DNA of 30,214 nucleotides from a virus (Duplodnaviria; Heunggongvirae; Uroviricota; Caudoviricetes): IMG/VR virus record IMGVR_UViG_2541047931_000006; one strand, 5' to 3'. Shown piece by piece: positions 16,507 to 26,343 of this stretch (position 1 is its first letter; each line of letters starts with the position of its first letter). The notes under the pieces were generated by a model. It saw only the letters and a program-made list of their open reading frames with translations, ran no database searches and was not told where the DNA came from. The position numbers and the translations under genes were made by a program.

Positions 16507-17232
16507 TTATGGACAAAAAAAGCCCGCGCTGGGAGACGCGGGCGGCAAGGAATAAACAATAAAACGTGAAGTAATATTTCAGCTGGCGAATAATACCCCA
16601 TAGTAATCACTCTGCGCAACTGCGCGGTCTTTTTCGAATTGCGGGCTGTAGTCTCCCTTCTGCCATTGTCCTGTAACTTCCGGACTTCAGCCTGCTCCTT
16701 ATCTGACTCACAACATTATCCCGCCCGGGAGGATTCATGGCATTTAAACACTATGACGTGGTCAGGGCGGCATCGCCGTCAGACCTTGCGAAACGACTGA
16801 CACAAAAACTGAAGGAGGGCTGGCAGCCGTTTGGTAGTCCGGTGGCCATAACCCCTTATACCCTGATGCAGGCGATTGCAGCAGAAGGTGATGTGGTCGT
16901 CAGTGGTGCAACTGAGCCGGAGTGGTACTACGTCATCGTACTGGCCGGGCAATCCAATGCCATGGCTTACGGTGAAGGGCTTCCGCTTCCGGATTCATAC
17001 GATGCGCCCCATCCGCGCATTAAGCAACTGGCCCGTCGTAACACAGTGACTCCCGGTGGTGAAGTATGCGTATTTAACGACATCATTCCTGCTGACCATT
17101 GTCTGCATGATGTTCAGGATATGAGTACGATTAACCATCCCCGGGCTGACCTGAGCAAAGGGCAGTACGGCTGTGTCGGACAGGGCTTACATATTGCCAA
17201 AAAACTGCTTCCGTATATCCCTAATAATGCGG

Positions 17233-17277
<45 letters not shown>

Positions 17278-17287
17278 TCTCACCTCA

Positions 17288-18483
<1,196 letters not shown>

Positions 18484-20000
18484 CCACTACAGGGATCCTG
18501 CTGGTACCATGCTGTCGTGGTGATTCGGCATTCACCCAGGGCACGGAGGGGACATTCAGCGAGTCCACGGGAGCCAGTCAGGATTCGGCTCGCTGGGGAG
18601 TGGGTAAGCCGTTATATCAGGATCTGCTTTTCCGCACGAAGGCAGCATTGCAGAAAAACCCGAAAAACGTTTTGCTGGCGATATGCTGGATGCAGGGGGA
18701 ATTCGATATGACGAATGCCAGTTACGCCCAGCAGCCAGCAGCATTTCTTGCAATGGTACAGCAGTTCCGTGCTGACCTTGCCGGGCTGGCGGCGCAGTGT
18801 CACGGTGGAAGTCCGGCATCAGTCCCCTGGATTTGTGGCGACACGACATACGCGTGGAAACAAGAACACGGTACGCAATATGAAGTGGTATATGGTGCAT
18901 ATAAAGGTAAAGAATCCCAGCAGATTTATTTTGTTCCCTTTATGACCGATGGTAGCGGAGTTAATACACCGACAAACAACCCGTCAGAAGATCCTGATAT
19001 TGCCGGGTCTGGTTATTACGGTTCGGCATCCCGAACGAACAAAAACTGGGTATCATCAAATCGCCCGACGCATTTCAGCTCATGGGCGCGTCGTGGCATT
19101 ATTCCCGATCGTATGGCAACTGCTATTCTGAACGTAGCCGGTCGCACCTTAGCCTTCATTAGTGGTAAGGCACCGGAAATCAAACCCTCGCCCGGCGGCG
19201 ACACGCCATCGGGGCCGTCTGAAGATGCATCCGTACGCACAATCTCCCTGTTGCCGACAGCCGGAGATGCTGCTGCGCAGGGCTGGAGCATTAAGAATGG
19301 CGGAATTCAGTTGTCAGAGGGTGTATTTAAGATCACCAAGCAGAGCAATAAAACCTGGTACCTGATGCATCCGGTGGATGACGCAATTACCCTGCTGACA
19401 CAGGGCGGCAGACTGACCTGTAAGTTCCGCCTCTCAGGCGCACTGACCAACAATCAGTTCGGGCTGGGGATTTATCTGTATACGGACGCTCCCGTTCCTG
19501 ATGATGTGGCGATGACGGGTACTGGTAATCCGTTCCTGATGTCTTACTTCACTCAGACCACTGACGGCAGAGTGAATCTGATGCATCACAGGAAAGCCGG
19601 AAACACTAAGCTGGGGGAGTTCGGCGATTACGGTAACGACTGGCAGACGCTGGAGCTGGTGTTCACCGCCGGCAGTGCCACGGTTACTCCGAAACTGAAT
19701 GGAGTGGCTGGCCCGGCATTCCAGGTCATAAAAGACAGTCTGACACTGGGGCTGAATGCGCTGACGCTGACGGATGTTACAAAAAATGCAGCGTATGGCG
19801 TTGAGATAGAAAGTCTGGTGCTGGAGATAAATGCACCAGCATCATCATAAAAAGTGAGCCAGTCAAATGGAAGGTATCGTTAAACTCACCGGTAGTGTCA
19901 GTGGGTCGTCTGAGATGCCTGCATGAGTTATCAGAGCCATCAGTACTTAACTGGTGGCTTTTTTTATTGTTGTCAGCTTCCGGATAACGGGAGACGGGGT

Positions 20001-20216
20001 ATGTACCAGATGGAAAAAATCACAACAGGTGTGTCATACACCACGTCAGCGGTGGGAACGGGCTACTGGTTCCTGCAGTTGCTGGACAGGGTTTCCCCGT
20101 CTCAGTGGGCGGCAATAGGCGTGCTGGGGAGTCTGCTGTTTGGGCTGCTGACATATCTGACTAACCTGTATTTCAAAATCAGAGAGGACCGGCGTAAGGC
20201 GGCGCGGGGAGAGTAA
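20001..20216 (+). CDS. Pinholin, phage 21 S-like (class II holin)
   Basis: 71 aa from MYQMEKI (dual-start MxxM); C-terminus [19 protein letters not shown] matches the S21 pinholin as recalled; RBS GGAGACGGGG. Confidence 0.85.
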   Translation: MYQMEKITTGVSYTTSAVGTGYWFLQLLDRVSPSQWAAIGVLGSLLFGLLTYLTNLYFKIREDRRKAARGE

Positions 20217-20220
20217 AGCG

Positions 20221-21027
20221 ATGAAGAAAAAATACGAACTGGTTGTTAAAGGGATAAATAATTACCCGGATAAGATTACTGTTACTGTGGCACTGGAAAT
20301 TGGTGGGTATCCGTTACTGTTGTTGCCAAATGTGGCGATTAGTCTTGACCGTACTGAAGGTGCCACGCTGGAGTTTTACGAAGCGGAGGCGAAAAAGCAG
20401 GCGAAGCAGTTTTTCATGGATGTTGCTACCGGGTTATGTGAAGGGAACGAACCGTTGCAGGAAAAGCGCCCCATCATTTTAGAGGCGCAGGATGTGTTGA
20501 TAACCTACAGAGGAAAACTACCGGGAATAATTACTTGTTCTCTGAAGATGCCGCCGTCAACACTGCGGTCAGAAAAAGAGGCGTCTTGTCTGCAGTCTGA
20601 GTACTCCATTACGGTTAAAAGTGCCGGAGAGGAAGGAAATAAACGTTATTTTATTGCGTCTGCACCTGATAAAGATCAGGAATGGGAGTGTAACCGGCCA
20701 TCCTTTGTTGTATACGGAGATGGCGGGAAAATAACCATCTCAGAAAATGGGAAATTAACACCGCCATCGCACCAGCATAGTGAGGCGCTCATTGAATTTG
20801 CCATTGATTACCTGAAGAACAATAAAAAGCAGGGGCTGATGAAGTGCATTGGTCGTTGCATGGGATATCTGCAGATAGCTGCTGAGATTGAAGCGCTGGC
20901 CAGTGGTGCGGACAAGGATGCAGTTGTGCGGGAGGCTCTTCTTCGTGATTTTGATAATCCGCCCTTTAAAAAAGTGCCGGCTTACTGGTTTCATCCAGGA
21001 CTGACTTATCTTAAAGGACGTATATAA
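20221..21027 (+). CDS. Hypothetical protein of unknown function inserted between holin and endolysin
   Basis: 268-aa ORF with RBS GGGAGAG; no signal peptide or motif I can assign; appears lower in GC than its neighbours. Confidence 0.55.
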   Translation: MKKKYELVVKGINNYPDKITVTVALEIGGYPLLLLPNVAISLDRTEGATLEFYEAEAKKQAKQFFMDVATGLCEGNEPLQEKRPIILEAQDVLITYRGKLPGIITCSLKMPPSTLRSEKEASCLQSEYSITVKSAGEEGNKRYFIASAPDKDQEWECNRPSFVVYGDGGKITISENGKLTPPSHQHSEALIEFAIDYLKNNKKQGLMKCIGRCMGYLQIAAEIEALASGADKDAVVREALLRDFDNPPFKKVPAYWFHPGLTYLKGRI

Positions 21028-21069
21028 GCTGGCTCGTTATCTGTTGCCGATAAATCCTGATAAATATCC

Positions 21070-21603
21070 ATGAACACCAAAATCAAATACGGCCTGTCGG
21101 CTGCCGTTCTGGCGCTGATTGCCGCTGGTGCGCCTGCGCCTGACATTCTCGACCAGTTTCTGGATGAAAAGGAAGGTAACCACACCACGGCATACCGTGA
21201 TGGTGCGGGGATCTGGACCATCTGCCGTGGAGCCACCCGGGTGGATGGTAAGCCTGTAATTCCTGGCATGAAGCTGTCGAAGGGAAAATGCGACCGGGTT
21301 AACGCCATTGAGCGTGATAAGGCGCTGGCATGGGTGGAGAAAAACATCAAAGTGCCATTGAGCGAACCCCAGAAAGCGGGGATCGCGTCATTCTGTCCGT
21401 ACAACATTGGTCCCGGTAAGTGTTTCCCGTCGACGTTTTATAAACGAATTAATGCAGGTGATCGCAGGGGAGCGTGTGAGGCGATTCGCTGGTGGATTAA
21501 GGACGGTGGCAGAGACTGCCGTATTCGTTCAAACAACTGCTACGGTCAGGTATCCCGTCGTGACCAGGAGAGCGCGCTGGCGTGCTGGGGTATCGACAGA
21601 TAA
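21070..21603 (+). CDS. SAR endolysin (phage lysozyme with N-terminal signal-arrest-release segment)
   Basis: 177-aa ORF; N-terminal weakly hydrophobic Gly/Ala-rich segment (LSAAVLALIAAGAPA) then a catalytic region (E...D...T in DEKEGNHTTAYRDGAGIWTICRG); partner of an S21-type pinholin. Confidence 0.8.
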   Translation: MNTKIKYGLSAAVLALIAAGAPAPDILDQFLDEKEGNHTTAYRDGAGIWTICRGATRVDGKPVIPGMKLSKGKCDRVNAIERDKALAWVEKNIKVPLSEPQKAGIASFCPYNIGPGKCFPSTFYKRINAGDRRGACEAIRWWIKDGGRDCRIRSNNCYGQVSRRDQESALACWGIDR

Positions 21604-21693
21604 GCAGAATATTTTGCTGAAAAATAAGGCATGGCCACGCGGGCGGATAACACGAAATCCTGCGAACTGGCGAAACGTAAGTGAATAAAAGTA

Positions 21694-21732
21694 AAAACCC
21701 CGTTTGTTGGCAGCAAGCGGGGTTTTGTTTTT
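21694..21732. terminator. Strong hairpin terminator between endolysin and the mini-ORF cluster
   Basis: AAAA-CCCCGTTTG-ttggcag-CAAGCGGGG-TTTTGTTTTT: 9-bp stem with one G-U pair, flanked by A and T runs. Confidence 0.65.
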
Positions 21733-21797
21733 ATGGCAGTAAGCTATGGGAGGCTGCCTTGATTGATTTTAGCAAACTGATTAGGGAGTTGCGACTC

Positions 21798-21893
21798 ATG
21801 ATTAGTCAATTACCAAACTGGAAATTTTTGCTGGTCTGGAGCATCCCTTTTTTATGGGTAGTATCCCAGTTAATTGTGGCAATTAAGGGGTAG
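21798..21893 (+). CDS. Mini-ORF 1, 31-aa hydrophobic peptide
   Basis: MISQLPNWKFLLVWSIPFLWVVSQLIVAIKG; GGGAG about 12 nt upstream; below the ORF-track size cutoff, translated by hand. Confidence 0.35.
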   Translation: MISQLPNWKFLLVWSIPFLWVVSQLIVAIKG

Positions 21894-21895
21894 CT

Positions 21896-22027
21896 ATGTC
21901 AGACAAACTCATAACGCCGGCAAAGGTCCTGTGTGTGATTGTCGGTATTTCATTTTCACTAATGCTGGTTGCTCTTTTTCTGTCCCTCGCCTGGGTGATG
22001 TTGTCTTCGTCGGGGCTGCTGGGGTGA
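21896..22027 (+). CDS. Mini-ORF 2, 43-aa single-TM peptide
   Basis: MSDKLITPAKVLCVIVGISFSLMLVALFLSLAWVMLSSSGLLG; RBS TAAGGGG directly upstream. Confidence 0.4.
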   Translation: MSDKLITPAKVLCVIVGISFSLMLVALFLSLAWVMLSSSGLLG

Positions 22028-22146
22028 CAGTGACTGATGACATCAGCAGAGCGCTGGCTTTTGCTATTAAGTGGGTGGCTGTTGGTATTGCTGTGTCTCC
22101 GATGCTGTATGGGCTGGCAAAACTGGTCATTGCGCTGAAATCGTGA
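22024..22146 (+). CDS. Mini-ORF 3, 40-aa hydrophobic peptide
   Basis: GTG start overlapping the mini-ORF 2 stop (GTGA); ...SRALAFAIKWVAVGIAVSPMLYGLAKLVIALKS; paralogous to mini-ORF 4. Confidence 0.35.
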   Translation: MTVTDDISRALAFAIKWVAVGIAVSPMLYGLAKLVIALKS

Positions 22147-22157
22147 ACTTTAAAAAG

Positions 22158-22244
22158 ATGAGTGCTGAACTTATTCGGGCAATGGCATTTGCCATTCGTA
22201 TTGTGGCCATTGCTGTTCTGGTCTGGGCAATCCGTTGGTGGTGA
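22158..22244 (+). CDS. Mini-ORF 4, 28-aa hydrophobic peptide
   Basis: [28 protein letters not shown]; stop 1 bp before the Rz ATG. Confidence 0.35.
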   Translation: MSAELIRAMAFAIRIVAIAVLVWAIRWW

Positions 22245-22245
22245 T

Positions 22246-22740
22246 ATGAACCGTGTTCTGTGTGTGGTGATTATTGTCATGCTGGTAGCCTGTAGTGTGC
22301 TTAGTCTGGGGCTGAATCATTACCGCGATAACGCCATCACCTACAAAGCGCAGCGCGATAAAAAAGTCAGTGAGCTGAAACTGGCGAATGCCACTATTAC
22401 TGACATGCAGCAGCGCCAGCGAGATGTCGCTGCGCTTGATGCCAGATACACGAAGGAATTAGCCGATGCGAGAGCTGAAAATGAAACTCTGCGCGCTGAT
22501 GTTGCCGCTGGTCGTAAGCGCCTGCGGGTCAACGCCACCTGCCCCGGTACCGTGCGTGAAGCCACCGGCACCTCCAGCGTGGATAATGCAACCGGCCCCC
22601 GACTGGCAGACACCGCTGAACGGGATTATTTCATCCTCAGAGAACGGTTGATGACAATGCAGAAGCAGCTGGAAGGGGCGCAGGAATATATCCGCACTCA
22701 GTGCACTAAGCTGGCTTTTTATTATCCGGAGGATACATGA
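22246..22740 (+). CDS. Rz-like inner-membrane spanin
   Basis: 164 aa from [18 protein letters not shown] (N-terminal TM) followed by coiled-coil-like sequence; Rz1 is embedded in the +1 frame. Confidence 0.8.
   Translation: MNRVLCVVIIVMLVACSVLSLGLNHYRDNAITYKAQRDKKVSELKLANATITDMQQRQRDVAALDARYTKELADARAENETLRADVAAGRKRLRVNATCPGTVREATGTSSVDNATGPRLADTAERDYFILRERLMTMQKQLEGAQEYIRTQCTKLAFYYPEDT
22481..22651 (+). CDS. Rz1-like outer-membrane lipoprotein spanin, embedded in Rz
   Basis: [15 protein letters not shown] lipobox followed by Pro-rich sequence ([19 protein letters not shown]), entirely within Rz in another frame. Confidence 0.8.
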   Translation: MKLCALMLPLVVSACGSTPPAPVPCVKPPAPPAWIMQPAPDWQTPLNGIISSSENG

Positions 22741-22961
22741 AGAAATTACGGGTAACCGTAGAACCTTTTCAGGGAACAATTCCGTTCCGTATTTTGCAGC
22801 GTGGTCGTGTTCTTGTTGAAGGTTCGTTCAGTGGTAAATGTACGCAATTACACTCCCGGACCTTTCAGGTGAATGCCACGAATGAAGAGCTAACCGTGGA
22901 GTGTACGATGAATGCCGCTAAATGCCGCATGGTATCCGCTGCATTACAGCCAGTGTGTTGA
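22737..22961 (+). CDS. Hypothetical protein
   Basis: 74-aa ORF; strong RBS GGAGGA 7 nt upstream; start overlaps the Rz stop (ATGA). Confidence 0.5.
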   Translation: MKKLRVTVEPFQGTIPFRILQRGRVLVEGSFSGKCTQLHSRTFQVNATNEELTVECTMNAAKCRMVSAALQPVC

Positions 22962-23159
22962 GCGACCTTATTATCCATGCGCGGTATTGTCGCCGTATTC
23001 CTGCATTAACAGAGACCGCAGCCCGACAGGGAGACTCCTCTGCGCGAGTGTGCGGGGATAATCAAAAACGATACACACCGGGGTTTACCGCGTTAACGGA
23101 GCGCGGCGTTGTCCCCTCATAGTCGCCTGTCCGGTGCGATGGTGGAAGAAACCGAACGT

Positions 23160-23360
23160 TCATTTCTCGTTATTTGTCATGCTGGCCGGGCGCAGATGCG
23201 TTGCATCTGTTGCCAGCCTTCTCCTGCAGGCTTCAATAACCCACGCTGAAAAGTTACCGGACCCTTTATGCTCAAGGGCGATGTTGATCTGTTCAATTAT
23301 GTGATTGGGGAAACGGATATTGCGGGTTGTGGTTCTGCGGGTCCGGTTTTTCGATGACAT
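23160..23360 (-). CDS. Small DNA-binding-like protein (DUF3950/YlcI-like, possible ribbon-helix-helix)
   Basis: 66 aa from the internal ATG (MSSKNRTRRTTTRNIRFPNHIIEQINIALEHKGSGNFSAWVIEACRRRL) with AAGGAA upstream; transcribed opposite to the late operon. Confidence 0.5.
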   Translation of the reverse strand: MSSKNRTRRTTTRNIRFPNHIIEQINIALEHKGSGNFSAWVIEACRRRLATDATHLRPASMTNNEK

Positions 23361-23401
23361 ATTTATTTCCTTTACTGATTGCCATATGACGGGGATTTTA
23401 C

Positions 23402-23767
23402 ATGGCTGAGCTTCGTACACTCCAGAGCAGAATCAAAACACTGAATACCCGACGGGTGAATATTCTGAAGGGGGAGCAGCGTCGTGTCAGTGGCAGTGCA
23501 CGTGTTTCCCTCAAGCGTCATATCTGGCTGAGGGACGCCGGGCAGTGCTGTATCTGTGGTCGTGTGGTTGACCTCTGTGACAGTGAACTCGATCACCGAA
23601 TTGCACTTCAGTTCGGTGGTGGTAATGAGGAGACGAATCTTTGGACGCTCTGTGCCGAATGCCATCGACAAAAGTCTGCTCGTGAAGCGGCGAGTGGTAT
23701 GCCGGACCCGACGCTGCCGGAGGTGTCCGGAGGTAGTGGCAGAGAGGACGACATCATCGGACTGTAA
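23402..23767 (+). CDS. HNH endonuclease (terminase-associated)
   Basis: 121-aa ORF with CCICG...DHRIALQFGGGNEETNLWTLCAECHRQK (HNH/zinc-finger pattern); immediately upstream of the cos-like region and TerS. Confidence 0.8.
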   Translation: MAELRTLQSRIKTLNTRRVNILKGEQRRVSGSARVSLKRHIWLRDAGQCCICGRVVDLCDSELDHRIALQFGGGNEETNLWTLCAECHRQKSAREAASGMPDPTLPEVSGGSGREDDIIGL

Positions 23768-23860
23768 CCCAACCCGGGGGGGGGGTATCATCCGGCGTAA
23801 AAAACGATCGCTTTGGACACCGCGCCCCCTCTCACGCAGAGAAAAAATTCCCGTTTCAGG

Positions 23861-23990
23861 CCAGTTAACATGTTAACTGGCTGCCCGGGCATTTTTGCGG
23901 TTTTTATCTTTATTATTCAGTTTGTTGTGCGAAAAAATGTTAACTGGCTTTTTCAGAAAATGTTAACCAGGCAGCAGTTAACATTTGCGG
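23861..23990. repeat. cos-like packaging region with GTTAAC-containing palindromes (putative terminase binding sites)
   Basis: Perfect 20-bp palindrome CCAGTTAACATGTTAACTGG at 23861-23880; further copies AAAATGTTAACTGGC, AAATGTTAACCAGGC and inverted CAGTTAACATT; lies between the HNH and TerS genes. Confidence 0.55.
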
Positions 23991-24058
23991 CATGAGACGC
24001 CGGGAAAAATGGGCTGAACCATACCCGGCTGAGTGCGTTCTGGACCCGGGAGGAGGCT

Positions 24059-24622
24059 GTGCTGACAACGCAAAAACGAAAATTTGCGCTGGCGCTCATG
24101 TCCGGGAAAAACAAAACAGCGTCAGCCATTGCCGCCGGTTATTCGGCGAAGACCGCCAGGGTTAAAGGCTCGCAGCTGGCAAAAGATCCGGAGGTGCTCG
24201 CGTTTATAGCCCGTAAACAGTGCGAAACGGTGGAGGTGGATGAGGTTCCTGTTTACCGGCAGAAAAAATCAGAGCAGGAGGATAAACCCCGTCGCCGTGA
24301 GGCGGCTGCAATACCACAGCCGGACGAAAACAATCCGGAGATGCCACCGCCCGCGGTGATGTCTCATGGTATTGAATATATGGAGGATGGTCTTCCCGAT
24401 CCGGTGAAAGCTATGGGGCAGATCCTGGTGGAAAACCTCAGCATTGATCCGAAACTGGCACTGGATGCGGCCTGGCGACTGGCGCAGTTCACACACCATA
24501 AAAAAGGCGATGCCGGTAAAAAATCGGCAAAAGGTGATGCCGCGAAAAAAGCGGCTAACCGTTTTGCGGTGCCACCGCCACCCCGACTGGTGGTGAATAA
24601 CGATAATGAGGGCAACGGATGA
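24059..24622 (+). CDS. Terminase small subunit
   Basis: 187-aa ORF, GTG start after GGGAGGAGG; N-terminal HTH-like region typical of small terminase (KRKFALALMSGKNKTASAIAAGYSAKTARVKGSQL); stop overlaps the TerL start. Confidence 0.8.
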   Translation: MLTTQKRKFALALMSGKNKTASAIAAGYSAKTARVKGSQLAKDPEVLAFIARKQCETVEVDEVPVYRQKKSEQEDKPRRREAAAIPQPDENNPEMPPPAVMSHGIEYMEDGLPDPVKAMGQILVENLSIDPKLALDAAWRLAQFTHHKKGDAGKKSAKGDAAKKAANRFAVPPPPRLVVNNDNEGNG

Positions 24623-26280
24623 TACCTGTATGGAGCACAGCCTGCCCGGACTGGGCAGAGCGCCTGAAAAAGGGGCTGTCGATTATTCCGGATCCGATTT
24701 ATCCGGACGAGGCCGCACATGCCCTGGCGATTTTTAAACAACTGCGGATTGTGGATGCACCTGGTAGCCCGACGTTCGGGGAGTCCTGTGCACCGTGGGT
24801 GTTTGACCTGGTGGCGGCCCTGTTTGGCTCCTACGATGCGCAGACCGGTGTACGCCATATCAAGGAAGTTTTTATCCTTATCCCCAAGAAAAACTCGAAG
24901 TCCACGCTGGCCGCGGGGATCATGATGACTGCACTGTTACTGAACTGGCGGCAGGCGGCGGGTTACACGATTCTGGCCCCGACTGTGGAGGTGGCGGCCA
25001 ACGCCTTCAACCCTGCCCGGGATATGGTACGACGTGACGATGATCTGGATGACCTCTGCCAGGTACAGACCCATATCCGGACCATCACCCACAGGGTGAC
25101 AGACACCACCCTGAAGGTGGTGGCAGCCGATCCGAATACGGTGTCCGGTATCAAGTCCGTGGGTACGCTGATTGATGAGTTGTGGCTGTTTGGCAAGCAG
25201 TGCAAGGCGGAGGACATGTTACGTGAAGCCATAGGCGGCCTTGCCTCCCGCCCGGAAGGGTTTGTGGTGTATACGACCACCCAGTCGAATGAACCGCCTG
25301 CCGGGGTGTTCAGACAGAAACTGCAGTACGCCCGGGATGTGCGCGACGGCAAAATTCATGATCCGCACTTTCTGCCGGTGATATTTGAACACCCTCCTGA
25401 AATGGTGGAAAGCGGGGCTCACCTGCTGATGGAAAACCTCGCCATGGTCAATCCGAATCTCGGCTATTCAGTGGATGAGGCCTTTCTGTACCGGGAGTAC
25501 CGTAAAGCCCGGGAAGCCGGTGAAGAGACATTCCGGGGGTTCATGTCAAAACACGCCAATGTGGAAATTGGCCTTGCCCTGCGCTCTGACCGCTGGGCGG
25601 GGGCTGATTTCTGGGAAGAGCAGGGCCGTTGTATCAGCCTGGACGATATCCTGCGTCGTGCTGATGTGGTGACGGTGGGGATTGACGGCGGAGGGCTGGA
25701 TGATCTGCTGGGGATGTATGTGATTGGGCGTGACCGGGAGACCCGCGAATGGCTGGGCTGGGGCCATGCCTGGGCGCATGAAACCGCGGTGGTCCGACGG
25801 AAGAGCGAGGCGTCCCGGTTTCAGGATCTTGTTGCCTGTGGAGATATGACCATTGTCCGGCGTGTCGGGGATGACACGGCGGAAGTGGCGGAATATGTGC
25901 GTCGCATTCATGAGGCTGAGTTACTGGACCATATCGGTATTGACCCGTCAGGGGTGGGGCAGATTCTGGATTCACTGGCGGAAGCCGGGATCCCCGACGG
26001 AATTGTGGTGGGGATAAGCCAGGGCTGGAAACTGGGCGGGGCCATTAAAACCACCGAGCGCAAGCTGGCTGAAGGGGTACTGGTGCATGGTGACCAGCCC
26101 CTGATGGCCTGGTGTGTCGGCAATGCCCGGGTGGAGCCTAAAGGTAACGCCATTCTTATCACCAAACAGGCCAGTGGACGGGGAAAAATTGACCCGCTGA
26201 TGGCGCTGTTCAATGCGGTCTCCCTGATGTCCCTTAACCCGGAACCGAAAAAGAAAGAATATGCGGTTTTTTTCATATAA
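24619..26280 (+). CDS. Terminase large subunit
   Basis: 553-aa ORF directly after TerS with overlapping start; size and position as expected for an HK97-type large terminase; ATPase region (VFILIPKKNSKSTLAAG). Confidence 0.85.
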   Translation: MIPVWSTACPDWAERLKKGLSIIPDPIYPDEAAHALAIFKQLRIVDAPGSPTFGESCAPWVFDLVAALFGSYDAQTGVRHIKEVFILIPKKNSKSTLAAGIMMTALLLNWRQAAGYTILAPTVEVAANAFNPARDMVRRDDDLDDLCQVQTHIRTITHRVTDTTLKVVAADPNTVSGIKSVGTLIDELWLFGKQCKAEDMLREAIGGLASRPEGFVVYTTTQSNEPPAGVFRQKLQYARDVRDGKIHDPHFLPVIFEHPPEMVESGAHLLMENLAMVNPNLGYSVDEAFLYREYRKAREAGEETFRGFMSKHANVEIGLALRSDRWAGADFWEEQGRCISLDDILRRADVVTVGIDGGGLDDLLGMYVIGRDRETREWLGWGHAWAHETAVVRRKSEASRFQDLVACGDMTIVRRVGDDTAEVAEYVRRIHEAELLDHIGIDPSGVGQILDSLAEAGIPDGIVVGISQGWKLGGAIKTTERKLAEGVLVHGDQPLMAWCVGNARVEPKGNAILITKQASGRGKIDPLMALFNAVSLMSLNPEPKKKEYAVFFI

Positions 26281-26343
26281 CCCTGTTCACACTGTAACCA
26301 TCACGAACCGCTCCGGCGGTTTTTTTATTTTCAGGAGGCTGAT

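Noticed and set aside
15763-16736. Looked for stxA/stxB genes between the tRNA cluster and the nanS-p-like gene, as in Stx phages.
   Set aside because: Only short, non-conserved ORFs are present (the track ORFs at 15640..15945 and 15933..16196 overlap tRNAs, terminators and the repeat modules); no ORF with the size or signal-peptide features of Stx subunits. This prophage appears stx-negative.
24364-24858. 164-aa minus-strand ORF from the track.
   Set aside because: Antisense across the TerS/TerL junction; shadow ORF.
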